Source of the DNA: Nitratidesulfovibrio vulgaris str. Hildenborough
GTDB lineage: Bacteria; Desulfobacterota; Desulfovibrionia; Desulfovibrionales; Desulfovibrionaceae
Length of the DNA stretch: 32,000 bases
Reading direction: 5' to 3'
NCBI RefSeq assembly: GCF_000195755.1
Contig: NC_002937.3
Location: 2,310,001 to 2,342,000, forward strand
Shown here piece by piece: positions 24,036-32,000 of this stretch. The notes under the pieces were generated by a model. It was not told the origin of the DNA. It did not search any database and saw only the letters and a program-made list of their open reading frames with translations. Each line of letters begins with the position of its first letter. Within the stretch, counting starts at the first letter, position 1. Made by a program: the position numbers and the translations under genes.

Positions 24036-25256
24036 CTACCTCCCCTTTGCGTCGCAGAGCATACAGGCCAGTTGCAACGCGGCGGTGAAACTTCCGGTGG
24101 AGGCGCGCCCCGTCCCGGCGATGTCGAAGCCCGTGCCATGGTCGACCGAGGTACGCACGAACGGCAACCCCAGCGTGACATTCACGGCATCGGAAAAATG
24201 CAGCAGCTTGAGCGGGCCAAGCCCCTGGTCGTGGTACATGGCGAGCACGGCGGGATAGCCCCCCCCGGCGGCCCTGTGGAACAGCGTATCGGCGGGGAAG
24301 GGCCCTTCGACGGCCAGCCCTTCGCGCCGCGCGTCCTCGATGGCGGGGGTGATGACCTCTATCTCTTCACGCCCGATGCGCCCCGATTCGCCCGCGTGCG
24401 GATTCAGCCCGCACACAGCCACGGGGCCCTGAAGCCCCAAAGCCCGCACGAAGGCCGCAGTGAGTCGCAGGCAGCGCAGGACACGCTCACGGGTGACGAG
24501 GTCGGCCACTTCGCGCAACGGCGGGTGCGTGGTGACAAGGCTGACGCGCAACCTGTCTCCGCACAGGTGCATGCACACCTCGTCGTCGGCGAGTCCCGCA
24601 CGGCGGGCGAGATACTCGGTATGTCCGGGGACGTCGAATCCGGCGGTATGGAGCATGGCCTTATGCAGAGGCAGGGTCACGACTCCGGGAACGACCCCGG
24701 CGCACAGCAGGTCGCAGGCAGCGGAAAGGGCGACCCCGGCGGCGCGCCCGCCTGACACGGTGGCCTCGCCCACGCGCACGTCAAGGCCATCCAGCCCCGG
24801 CGGTTCGTACAGGTAGATGCCCGGGCCTGCGGCGAGGGCATCACCGGGGGTATCGACGCGCGTCCAGAATGCCTTGCGGGTATGGGCGAAGAGTGAAGCC
24901 TCGGCACCGATGCACAGCACTGTGCGTCCGGCAAGGAAGGGCAACAGCGCTGCCGCATGACGGGCGGTATCCGCATCCGGCGAAGTGTCAGGCTGTGCCG
25001 CACCTGTCGTCAGGGGTGCAGTCGCTTCCTTTTGCAGGCCAGCCCCATCGGCGCAAACATCCGGTGCTGACGCACTGGTGCAAATATCCCGCGCTGAAGC
25101 ACCGGCACCCTTTTCAGGCGGTGACGTATTGGCATCGGTCGAACGCCGCACCACCTCGCCAAGCAGACGGCAGGCGAGTTCAGGCCCCAGTCCGTTGGAG
25201 TCACCCAGCGTCACGCACAGGGGCGCGACGGGCTTATGCGAAAAATGGTCCACCAT
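24036..25256 (-). CDS. pdxA: 4-hydroxythreonine-4-phosphate dehydrogenase family protein (PdxA-like) with a ~65-aa low-complexity insertion
   Basis: GDSNGLGPE, GHTEYLA, TTHPPLREV, CGLNPHAGE, AMYHDQGL and RTSVDHGT motifs are all present. Start provisionally at the ATG at 25256, with a weak RBS. Confidence 0.8.
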   Translation of the reverse strand: MVDHFSHKPVAPLCVTLGDSNGLGPELACRLLGEVVRRSTDANTSPPEKGAGASARDICTSASAPDVCADGAGLQKEATAPLTTGAAQPDTSPDADTARHAAALLPFLAGRTVLCIGAEASLFAHTRKAFWTRVDTPGDALAAGPGIYLYEPPGLDGLDVRVGEATVSGGRAAGVALSAACDLLCAGVVPGVVTLPLHKAMLHTAGFDVPGHTEYLARRAGLADDEVCMHLCGDRLRVSLVTTHPPLREVADLVTRERVLRCLRLTAAFVRALGLQGPVAVCGLNPHAGESGRIGREEIEVITPAIEDARREGLAVEGPFPADTLFHRAAGGGYPAVLAMYHDQGLGPLKLLHFSDAVNVTLGLPFVRTSVDHGTGFDIAGTGRASTGSFTAALQLACMLCDAKGR

Positions 25257-25474
25257 CCCGGCACAGTATGCCGATTCGAGGTACCTGTCCAGACCACCAC
25301 GAGGGATGTTACCCTTGCCCACAGCGGTCTCCTGGGCGTCTGCGGCGCGCCATCGGCTACGCAATGGGAGGAGAGGCCGCAGGCTTCACGAGGTATCAGC
25401 AGGGCATCGACAACTGCGACACAGGCGGCTGACAGAAGCCGGTGGCAGAAACTGATGGCAGACGCATGTAGCGG

Positions 25475-25513
25475 TGACGTCCGGCTATGACGTCCGGCTA
25501 TGACGTCTGGCAC
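25475..25513. repeat. Three tandem copies of a 13-nt unit (tgacgtccggcta), each containing the palindrome GACGTC
   Basis: Read directly: tgacgtccggcta / tgacgtccggcta / tgacgtctggcac. The array lies between the asparaginase-like stop (25527) and the pdxA start (25256). Confidence 0.85.
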
Positions 25514-25526
25514 CACCGCCGTCGCC

Positions 25527-26480
25527 CTACTCCCCAGTGACGGGGTCGGGCGTCACCGACGCATGAACGGTGCCGTCGGCCCGCGCGTAGGCATGGGCGA
25601 TATGGTCGGTGTTGCAATGCACCCCGTAGCGCCCGTGGCGGTCAAGCATGATGAGTCCGGCATGTCCGCCCACGCGCCTGTGCAGCATGTCGATGGCCCG
25701 CCGCGCAGCCTCGTCGGGCAGACATTCGCGCAGGTGTTCACAGGCGCAGTGCGTCATGAGCGTACGCATGACGCCTTCTCCGAAGCCCGTGGCAGAGGCC
25801 CCGCCCGTCTCGTTGTCGGCGTAGGTCCCCGCACCGCACAGCGGCGAATCGCCCACACGCCCCGCCAGCTTGAAGGGCGTCCCCCCGGTGGAGGTGGCGG
25901 CGGCGACGTTGCCGTGGATGTCCAGCGCCACGGCACCCACCGTCCCCTTGGGAACATCACCGGCGGGTGCGGTGTCCGTGACGGGCCGGAAGGCATCATG
26001 GGTGCTGTACCCCGCGCGCGAACGCAGGGTCTCGTAAAGAAGGCGCTCACGTTCCACAAGCAGGGTTGCCGGGTCGACAGGCTTTAACCCCTGTTCGAGG
26101 GCGAAACGCTCGGCCCCTTCCCCCACCAGAAGACAGAATTCGGTGTCCAGCAGGCGCCGGGCGATGTCCACGGGGTTGGCGAAGCGACGCACCGCCGCCA
26201 CACCGCCAAAGTCCAGCGTGGCACCGTCCATGATGGCGGCGTCGAGTTCGATGACACCATCGCGGTTGAGTACGGCCCCTCGCCCTGCGTCGAAGGTCGG
26301 GTCGTCCTCCAGCACGTTGACGGCGGCACGAACCGCCTCGACTGCCGTCGCGCCGTCGCGCAGCAAAGGCCACGCAGCCTCGACGGCGCGACGGCATCCT
26401 GCGATATGGGCTTCCTGACGGTCGGCGGGGATGGTCCATGCACCGCCGTGCACGATGATTCTGGGTCGGGTCATTGGCAT
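25527..26480 (-). CDS. iaaA: Isoaspartyl peptidase / L-asparaginase (Ntn-hydrolase, plant-type asparaginase family)
   Basis: IIVHGGAW, DDPTFDAGRGAVLNRDG, the autoprocessing site GTVGAVALD and GDSPLCGAGTYA. Start at the ATG at 26480 or 26474, with a weak RBS. The longer ORF leader is not protein-like. Confidence 0.85.
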   Translation of the reverse strand: MPMTRPRIIVHGGAWTIPADRQEAHIAGCRRAVEAAWPLLRDGATAVEAVRAAVNVLEDDPTFDAGRGAVLNRDGVIELDAAIMDGATLDFGGVAAVRRFANPVDIARRLLDTEFCLLVGEGAERFALEQGLKPVDPATLLVERERLLYETLRSRAGYSTHDAFRPVTDTAPAGDVPKGTVGAVALDIHGNVAAATSTGGTPFKLAGRVGDSPLCGAGTYADNETGGASATGFGEGVMRTLMTHCACEHLRECLPDEAARRAIDMLHRRVGGHAGLIMLDRHGRYGVHCNTDHIAHAYARADGTVHASVTPDPVTGE

Positions 26481-26759
26481 ATCCGAACGATGCGCAGCAA
26501 TGCCTTGAAAGCTGCCACGCGTGCTGACGGTATTGATGGCACAAGGCCGGGCACAGGTCGCGCCGGACATCACGGGCATATACCCGTGCGCTGCGGCGGG
26601 CCACTTATACGGCATCCCGTTGCGACGGAAAAGAGGAAACGTACCCCGACCACCTGTGGGCAGGGGCATTCTGTTGATGGTGCCAGCTTTCACCTCGGGA
26701 GCACTCACCCCACGAAGGGTCGCCAACCCGCGCCTCTCTGGGGGGGCGTATCGCGGGGG

Positions 26760-28682
26760 CTAGGTGCCCTGCCCTGTCACGGGGGCGAAGCACATGGCGG
26801 CAAGCGGGGGTAGCGTCAGTTCGATGAAGTGCCCGCCACCCCAGTGGTCTTCCCGTGCCATGACGGCACCGGCGTTACCCACGTCACTGCCGCCGTAGTA
26901 GGCACTGTCGGTGTTGCACAGCTCACGCCACGTGCCGCCACGCGGGCAGGGCACGCGGTAGAAGCGACGCACCACGGGCGTGAAGTTGAAAATCCACAGG
27001 AGAGGTCGTTCACCCGCGGCCAGCCGGAGGAAACTGATCACCGAACTGCCGTAGTCCGCGAAATCCACCCAGCGGAAGCCCGACCAGTCGTGGTCGCGCC
27101 TGTGCATGGCAGGTTCGGAACGCAGCAACCGGTTGAGGTCGCCCACCAGCCGCGCGATGCCCTCATGGGCGGGGAAACGGTAGAGACACCAGTCCAGTTC
27201 GCGGCTTTCGTCCCACTCGTTCCACTGGCCGAATTCGCCCCCCATGAACAGCAGCTTCTTGCCGGGATGCGCCCACTGGTAGGCGTAGAGCAACCGCAGG
27301 TTGGCCTGTTGCTGCCACATGTCGCCGGGCATCTTCGACAGCAGCGCCCCCTTGCCGTGCACGACCTCGTCATGTGACAGCGGCAGCACGAAATTCTCGC
27401 TGAAGGCGTAGAGCATGGAGAAGGTCAGCGAACCGTGGTGATAGGCCCGGTGTATCGGGTCTTCTGCAAGGTAGCCCAGCGTGTCATGCATCCAGCCCAT
27501 GTTCCACTTGAAGCTGAACCCCAGTCCGCCCGTGTAGACCGGACGGGAGACACCGGGCCATGCGGTGGATTCCTCCGCCAGCGTCATGGCACCGGGAAAC
27601 TCGGCATGGATGACCGTGTTGACCTCGCGCAGGAAGTCCACGGCATCGAGGTTCTCGCGTCCGCCATGCCTGTTGGGCAGCCACTGCCCCGCTTCGCGCG
27701 AGTAGTCGAGGTAGAGCATGGACGCCACGGCGTCCATGCGCAGACCGTCGATGTGGAACTCCCGCAGCCAGTACAGGGCATTGGCGGTGAGGAAGTTGCG
27801 CACCTCGTTGCGCCCGTAGTTGAAGATGTAGGTTCCCCAGTCGGGGTGTTCGCCAAGGCGCGGGTCGAGGTGCTCATACAGCGCCGTACCATCGAAACGC
27901 CCAAGGCTCCATGCGTCCCGCGGGAAATGGGCCGGGACCCAGTCGAGGATGACGCCTAGCCCTGCCTGATGGCACCTGTCGACGAACCGTTTGAACCCCT
28001 CGGGCGAACCGAAACGCGAGGTCGGCGCGTAGTAGTGCCCCGTCTGGTAGCCCCACGACTGGTCGAGGGGGTGTTCCGCCACGGGCAGCAGTTCAAGGTG
28101 AGTGAAGCCCAGTCCCGTGGCATAGGGAATGAGCTGGTCGCCCAGTTCATCGTAGGTCAGGAACGGATGGCCGTCGCCATGCCTGCGCCGCCACGACCCG
28201 AGATGCACCTCGTAGATGGAGACCGGACGTTCGAGGGGCAGCCCCTGACGCGCCCGTTCAGCCATCCACGCCCCGTCGCCCCATGCATGGTTGTCGATAT
28301 CCCATGCCACCGACGCCACCCCGGGGCGCATCTCCGCCCACAGGGCGAAGGGGTCGGCCTTCTGCTCTTGCCGACCATCGGCCCCGCGCACCACGAACTT
28401 GTAAAGCGACCCGCGGCGCACTCCGGGCACGAAGGCGGCCCATACGCCCGACACCCCCACGGGGAAAAGGGGGCAGCCCTCATGCCGCCAACCGTTGCAG
28501 TCGCCGGACAGGTGCACGGAACGGGCATTGGGGGCCCACACCGCAAAGCGATAGCCCGCCTCGCCATCCTGTACTGCCGGGTGTGCGCCGAGAATGCGGT
28601 AGAGGTGCCTGTGCCGCCCCATGCCGAAGAGGTAGAGGTCGAAAGGCTCGATGAACAGGGGACGGCTGCACGGAATGGTCAC
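26760..28682 (-). CDS. glgB: 1,4-alpha-glucan branching enzyme
   Basis: 640 aa with GH13 catalytic regions ([40 protein letters not shown]). The GTG start at 28682 overlaps the glgA stop as GTGA. Confidence 0.95.
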   Translation of the reverse strand: MTIPCSRPLFIEPFDLYLFGMGRHRHLYRILGAHPAVQDGEAGYRFAVWAPNARSVHLSGDCNGWRHEGCPLFPVGVSGVWAAFVPGVRRGSLYKFVVRGADGRQEQKADPFALWAEMRPGVASVAWDIDNHAWGDGAWMAERARQGLPLERPVSIYEVHLGSWRRRHGDGHPFLTYDELGDQLIPYATGLGFTHLELLPVAEHPLDQSWGYQTGHYYAPTSRFGSPEGFKRFVDRCHQAGLGVILDWVPAHFPRDAWSLGRFDGTALYEHLDPRLGEHPDWGTYIFNYGRNEVRNFLTANALYWLREFHIDGLRMDAVASMLYLDYSREAGQWLPNRHGGRENLDAVDFLREVNTVIHAEFPGAMTLAEESTAWPGVSRPVYTGGLGFSFKWNMGWMHDTLGYLAEDPIHRAYHHGSLTFSMLYAFSENFVLPLSHDEVVHGKGALLSKMPGDMWQQQANLRLLYAYQWAHPGKKLLFMGGEFGQWNEWDESRELDWCLYRFPAHEGIARLVGDLNRLLRSEPAMHRRDHDWSGFRWVDFADYGSSVISFLRLAAGERPLLWIFNFTPVVRRFYRVPCPRGGTWRELCNTDSAYYGGSDVGNAGAVMAREDHWGGGHFIELTLPPLAAMCFAPVTGQGT

Positions 28683-30148
28683 GCGCCCTCCTCACCGGGG
28701 GAGACCCCCAGTTGGGCGTAAAGGTCGAGGTAGGCGCGTCCGGCGCGTTCCCAGGTGAAGGCCTGTGCCATGGCGCGTCGCACCATGCCCTGCCAGTCGC
28801 CGGGGGCCGTGGTCCACAGGTGCACCGCATCGAGGATGGCCCGCAGAAAGGCCGCGGACTCGCACCGGCCGAAGGTGAAGCCCGTGCTCTCCGGCGAGGG
28901 CCACGGGACGATGGTGTCGCGCAGCCCGCCCACGGCCGTGGCCACGGGCGGTGTGCCGTAGCGCAGGGCGTACATCTGGGTGAGGCCGCACGGTTCGTAC
29001 CGCGACGGCATGAGAAAGATGTCGCTGCCCGCCTGGATGCGGTGGGCGAGGTCTTCGGTGTAGCTGACGATGGTGCACACCCGGCCCCGGTAGGCCTCCA
29101 TCAGCTCAAGGGCCCGCGCCTCATGGGTCAGATTGCCCTCGCCGAGGATGATGACCCCGACGTCGCTCTCCATGAGGCGGGGCAGGATGTCGAGCAGCAG
29201 GTCTATCCCCTTCTGCCCGCGCAGTCTGCCGATGAAGCCGAGGATGGGACGCCTGGCAAGGTGCGGGTCGAGGCCGAGTTCTTCGATGAGGGCGCGCTTG
29301 CACTGCGCCTTTCCTGCAAGGTCCGTGGGCGTATAGCGGCAGGGGAGGAAGCGGTCGTTGCCGGGCGACCAGATGTCGTAGTCCGCACCGTTGAGGATGC
29401 CGTGCAGGGCGTGGGCACGCTTCCGCAGGATACCGTCGAGACCGCTGCCATAGGCGGGGCCGAGAATCTCACGCGCATAGCTGGGGCTGACCGTGGTCAC
29501 CTTGTCGGCATAGGCGATGCCCGCCTTGAGCAGGTTGAAGTCGCCCCAGAATTCCGCGCCGTCCACGCTCCATGCCTGCGGGGGCAGGCCCGAAGTCTCG
29601 AAAAGACGCGAGGCGAAACGCCCCTGGAAGGCGAGGTTGTGTATGGTGAGCACACTGCGCGTATCCTGCCAGAACGGGTCGGTCTGCCGCAGGAAGTAGA
29701 GAAAGGCGGGCACAAGTGCCGTCTGCCAGTCGTGGGCGTGCAGCACTGCCGGGGGCTGCCCCAGACGGCGCATCAGCGCCAGCAGCGCGCGGCAGAAGAA
29801 GACGAAGCGTTCGCAGTTGTCGAAGTAGTCGCCCTTGTGGTCGTTGTAGTAGTAACGCCTGTCGAAATACTCGCCCCGGTGGATGAAGTAGACCGGCATG
29901 CCATGATAGTCGGCCTCGAAGACGTCGCAGGTGATGGGGGCCCACGGGTAGCCCACATGGCAGTCGGAGACCGTCAGCCGGATGGGATAGTCCGCCGTTC
30001 GCAATCTGCCATAGAAGGGTGTCACCACCGCCGTGGGCACGCCCATGCGGTGCAGGGCAAGGGGCAGCGCACCAAGCACATCGCCCAGCCCCCCGCTTTT
30101 GGAGAAGGGGTACATCTCCGATGTGGCGAACACGACCTGCCGTTGCAT
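28679..30148 (-). CDS. glgA: Glycogen synthase (ADP-glucose type, GT5)
   Basis: [24 protein letters not shown] (KxGGL motif), plus the C-terminal [22 protein letters not shown] at 30148, after GGAGA. Confidence 0.95.
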   Translation of the reverse strand: MQRQVVFATSEMYPFSKSGGLGDVLGALPLALHRMGVPTAVVTPFYGRLRTADYPIRLTVSDCHVGYPWAPITCDVFEADYHGMPVYFIHRGEYFDRRYYYNDHKGDYFDNCERFVFFCRALLALMRRLGQPPAVLHAHDWQTALVPAFLYFLRQTDPFWQDTRSVLTIHNLAFQGRFASRLFETSGLPPQAWSVDGAEFWGDFNLLKAGIAYADKVTTVSPSYAREILGPAYGSGLDGILRKRAHALHGILNGADYDIWSPGNDRFLPCRYTPTDLAGKAQCKRALIEELGLDPHLARRPILGFIGRLRGQKGIDLLLDILPRLMESDVGVIILGEGNLTHEARALELMEAYRGRVCTIVSYTEDLAHRIQAGSDIFLMPSRYEPCGLTQMYALRYGTPPVATAVGGLRDTIVPWPSPESTGFTFGRCESAAFLRAILDAVHLWTTAPGDWQGMVRRAMAQAFTWERAGRAYLDLYAQLGVSPGEEGA

Positions 30149-30176
30149 GATGGCTGTCTCCACGGATGCCGGGGCA

Positions 30177-30644
30177 TCACACCGCACCGCGGTTGCGGCG
30201 CAGAAAATCGGCGATGATGGTCGCATGATCGAAGGCAATGGGCTGCGGCAGTGCGTCCGGCGAAAAGAACCGTGCCTGCGCCGCGTCATCGCCCGCATGG
30301 GGTTCGGAACCGGTGCCCTTGGCGATGCGCGCCGCGTAGACCACGCTCATGGTGTGATGCCGCGGGTCGCGGGCCGGGTCGGAGTAGACCCCGACCAGCC
30401 CCTCCAGCGTCACCGCAAGTCCCGTCTCTTCTCTGGCCTCGCGCACGGCGGCGTCCTCGGCCGATTCGCCGTAGTCGATGAAGCCGCCGGGCAACGCCCA
30501 GCCGTGCGGTTCATTCCGGCGTTCGACCAGAACGATGCCCCTGCCGGGGGCATGGATGACCACGTCCACGGTGGGGGCGGGATTGCGGTACATGACCACC
30601 TGACCGCCGCAATGCGGACAGGGTATGTTGTGCGTCATCCTCAT
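30177..30644 (-). CDS. NUDIX hydrolase with N-terminal CxxC zinc-ribbon-like motif
   Basis: Nudix box [25 protein letters not shown]-terminal CPHCGG. ATG at 30644, after GGGGAG. It ends 28 nt upstream of glgA. Confidence 0.85.
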   Translation of the reverse strand: MRMTHNIPCPHCGGQVVMYRNPAPTVDVVIHAPGRGIVLVERRNEPHGWALPGGFIDYGESAEDAAVREAREETGLAVTLEGLVGVYSDPARDPRHHTMSVVYAARIAKGTGSEPHAGDDAAQARFFSPDALPQPIAFDHATIIADFLRRNRGAV

Positions 30645-30694
30645 ACTCCCCACGAATGACCGTCCTGCACGGGCGGAAAGATGCCCGAGTCTGA

Positions 30695-30723
30695 AGAATA
30701 CGCAACAGCCCGCCACAAGACAA
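30695..30723 (-). promoter_or_regulatory. Sigma-70-like promoter candidate for the NUDIX-glgA-glgB operon (TTGTCT-N17-TATTCT)
   Basis: On the minus strand the -35 TTGTCT is the complement of 30718-30723. After a 17-nt spacer, the -10 TATTCT is the complement of 30695-30700. It lies ~50 nt upstream of the ATG at 30644. Confidence 0.3.
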
Positions 30724-31096
30724 GCATCTGCGGCCTCCCCCTTGCTCAGAGGCGCCTGCCCCTGACGTCGCACATGGTATGGACCGCATTGGGATGCGAC
30801 ACCCATGGTGACGGCACGATGCCATCCGCGTGACACGACGGCGCAGGCACGGTTCACACAGGCCGGGCACAGGCAATGATGTCGCCTCGCCCGCAGGTAT
30901 CTGCAGGTGACAGGCTTCTGGCTGCCAGCAGCCCAGTGGAGAACCGGACGGAGGAGGCTCGCACGTCCGGGCGGGCGGGCCGACAACGCAGCATGTCGCA
31001 CACCTTCTGACGCGCGTCTTCCGGGGCATGCCCGAGGCCGACACTTGAGGCCCGGCGCTCAGTCAGACGTCCGACCTCCCGTTCGACCCGGCATAC

Positions 31097-31124
31097 GGTC
31101 AGGCTTCCGGCGAAGCGCCTGACC
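31097..31124. other. GC-rich stem-loop inside the long non-coding region
   Basis: GGTCAGGCTTC-cggc-GAAGCGCCTGACC: 11 bp pair, with a 2-nt bulge. Confidence 0.5.
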
Positions 31125-31386
31125 GAACATCGTCCGAGCATCGCCCGAACGTCGGCCAAGCGTCGACCAGACGTCCCGCCCCCTGCCAGCCCGACTCCAG
31201 ACAAGGCTTCCGACCAGACTTCCGGCCAGAGTTCACGGCTGACACACGGCCATGTGCACCGGATACCCGGCCATGTTCCGCGCCAGAAGCACAGTCGGGC
31301 GACAGGTGCGACGGCACGCCCCGTCACCCCGCCAGAAGCCCCCGTGTACTGCGTCAACCTGCGTGCCTTCCGCCCGCGTCCGCAGG

Positions 31387-31623
31387 TTATGCCCGCTTGA
31401 CCTCCAGCGTGGACTCTCCGGCCGTGAGAAGGTAGTTGCCTGAAGGGGTCTCAAGCAGGTACTCCGCACCGGGGAAGAGTTGCGCACGCGCGCTCCATTC
31501 ATCATTGATGAACACGTCGCGCGCACCGCCGCTTTCTTCGAAGCGAACCTGCGTTCCATCGGACAGCACCACGACCTCGGCCTCGTTCAGGGAAAGGGGA
31601 AGATCCCGTTCGGTGTATTCCAT
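31387..31623 (-). CDS. Hypothetical small protein (78 aa)
   Basis: ATG at 31623, preceded by GGAGG. The sequence is beta-strand-rich (EVVVLSDGTQVRFEE...YLLETPSGNYLLTAGESTLEV). I recognise no domain. It is divergent from tex. Confidence 0.45.
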   Translation of the reverse strand: MEYTERDLPLSLNEAEVVVLSDGTQVRFEESGGARDVFINDEWSARAQLFPGAEYLLETPSGNYLLTAGESTLEVKRA

Positions 31624-31712
31624 GACGTACCTCCAAAAAGGACTCTGTTGGCACACACCTCCACACCGGAGGATATTGCCATCCTTCTACACCCCAACCG
31701 AAGATACCACAA

Positions 31713-32000
31713 GTGACTGAAACGATTCCACACGACTCTGTCGCACATCGCCTCGCCGCCGACTTGGGCATCACGACCGCACAGGCAAGTGCGGCACTCA
31801 AGCTTTTCGACGAGGGGGGCACCATCCCCTTCGTGGCCCGCTATCGCAAGGAGGCCACTGGCGGCCTCGACGAGGTGGCCCTCACCGCCTTGCGTGACGG
31901 CTGCGAACGGCTTCGTACGCTGGACAAGCGACGTGACGCCATCATCGCCTCCATGACGGAGCGCGAACAGCTTACCCCCGACCTCGCCAAGGCCCTCCAT
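31713..32000 (+). CDS. tex: Tex-like transcription accessory protein (S1 RNA-binding), 5' fragment running off the window
   Basis: Not in the ORF track because no stop lies within the window. Translation from the GTG at 31713 gives ...LAADLGITTAQASAALKLFDEGGTIPFVARYRKEATGGLDEVAL...RRDAII...LTPDLAKAL. This matches the conserved Tex/YhgF N-terminus (PFIARYRKE.TGGLD). The exact start is uncertain. Confidence 0.85.
   Translation, partial: MTETIPHDSVAHRLAADLGITTAQASAALKLFDEGGTIPFVARYRKEATGGLDEVALTALRDGCERLRTLDKRRDAIIASMTEREQLTPDLAKALH

Noticed and set aside
25508-25513. TGGCAC (a perfect sigma-54 -24 element) created by the third repeat unit.
   Set aside because: No TTGC -12 element follows at the required spacing (caccaccgcc follows instead). 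It is on the + strand, whereas all neighbouring genes are on the - strand.
30854-31357. 167-aa minus-strand ORF and three overlapping ORFs in the 30.7-31.4 kb gap.
   Set aside because: A hand-sampled stretch shows no third-position GC enrichment. There is no RBS, and the translations are low-complexity and Arg/Gly/Cys-rich. I treat the region as non-coding and list it as a finding.

Overview
High-GC (about 65%) bacterial chromosomal DNA. Gene content and protein sequences look like a Desulfovibrio-type sulfate reducer; that is my recognition, not a verified match. The window is densely packed core-genome housekeeping DNA. I saw no rRNA, tRNA, CRISPR array, transposase or prophage. About 28 credible CDSs are called. 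On the + strand: SNase-like nuclease, RRM RNA-binding protein, infA, a small HTH protein, purine nucleoside phosphorylase, typA/bipA, an orphan, an HI0933-type flavoprotein, a DsrE-like protein and the tex 5' end. On the - strand: GNAT, rsgA, ssb, an atypical biotin-carboxylase cluster, pilZ-motB-motA, an alpha/beta hydrolase, cbiB, trmL, a GH3 hydrolase, a hydantoinase-like protein, pdxA, isoaspartyl peptidase, glgB, glgA, NUDIX and a small orphan. Many long ORFs in the track are antisense shadows of these genes, as expected at this GC content. The track also renders GTG starts as M (glgB, motB, the 5917 ORF). The best hidden signal is that the 69-aa ORF at 18874..19083 does not end at its TGA. 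The frame runs 37 more codons with strong coding bias, the TGA sits where DsrE-family proteins have the first Cys of a CxxC motif, and a SECIS-like hairpin follows it. This indicates a UxxC selenoprotein at 18874..19197. Secondary points are a MotA-MotB-PilZ module fused onto an unusual acetyl-CoA-carboxylase-like operon, two unrelated 13-nt tandem repeat arrays, a PdxA with a low-complexity insertion, a secreted GH3 with a Gly-X dipeptide-repeat tail, a NUDIX-glgA-glgB operon, and about 660 bp of apparently non-coding DNA.
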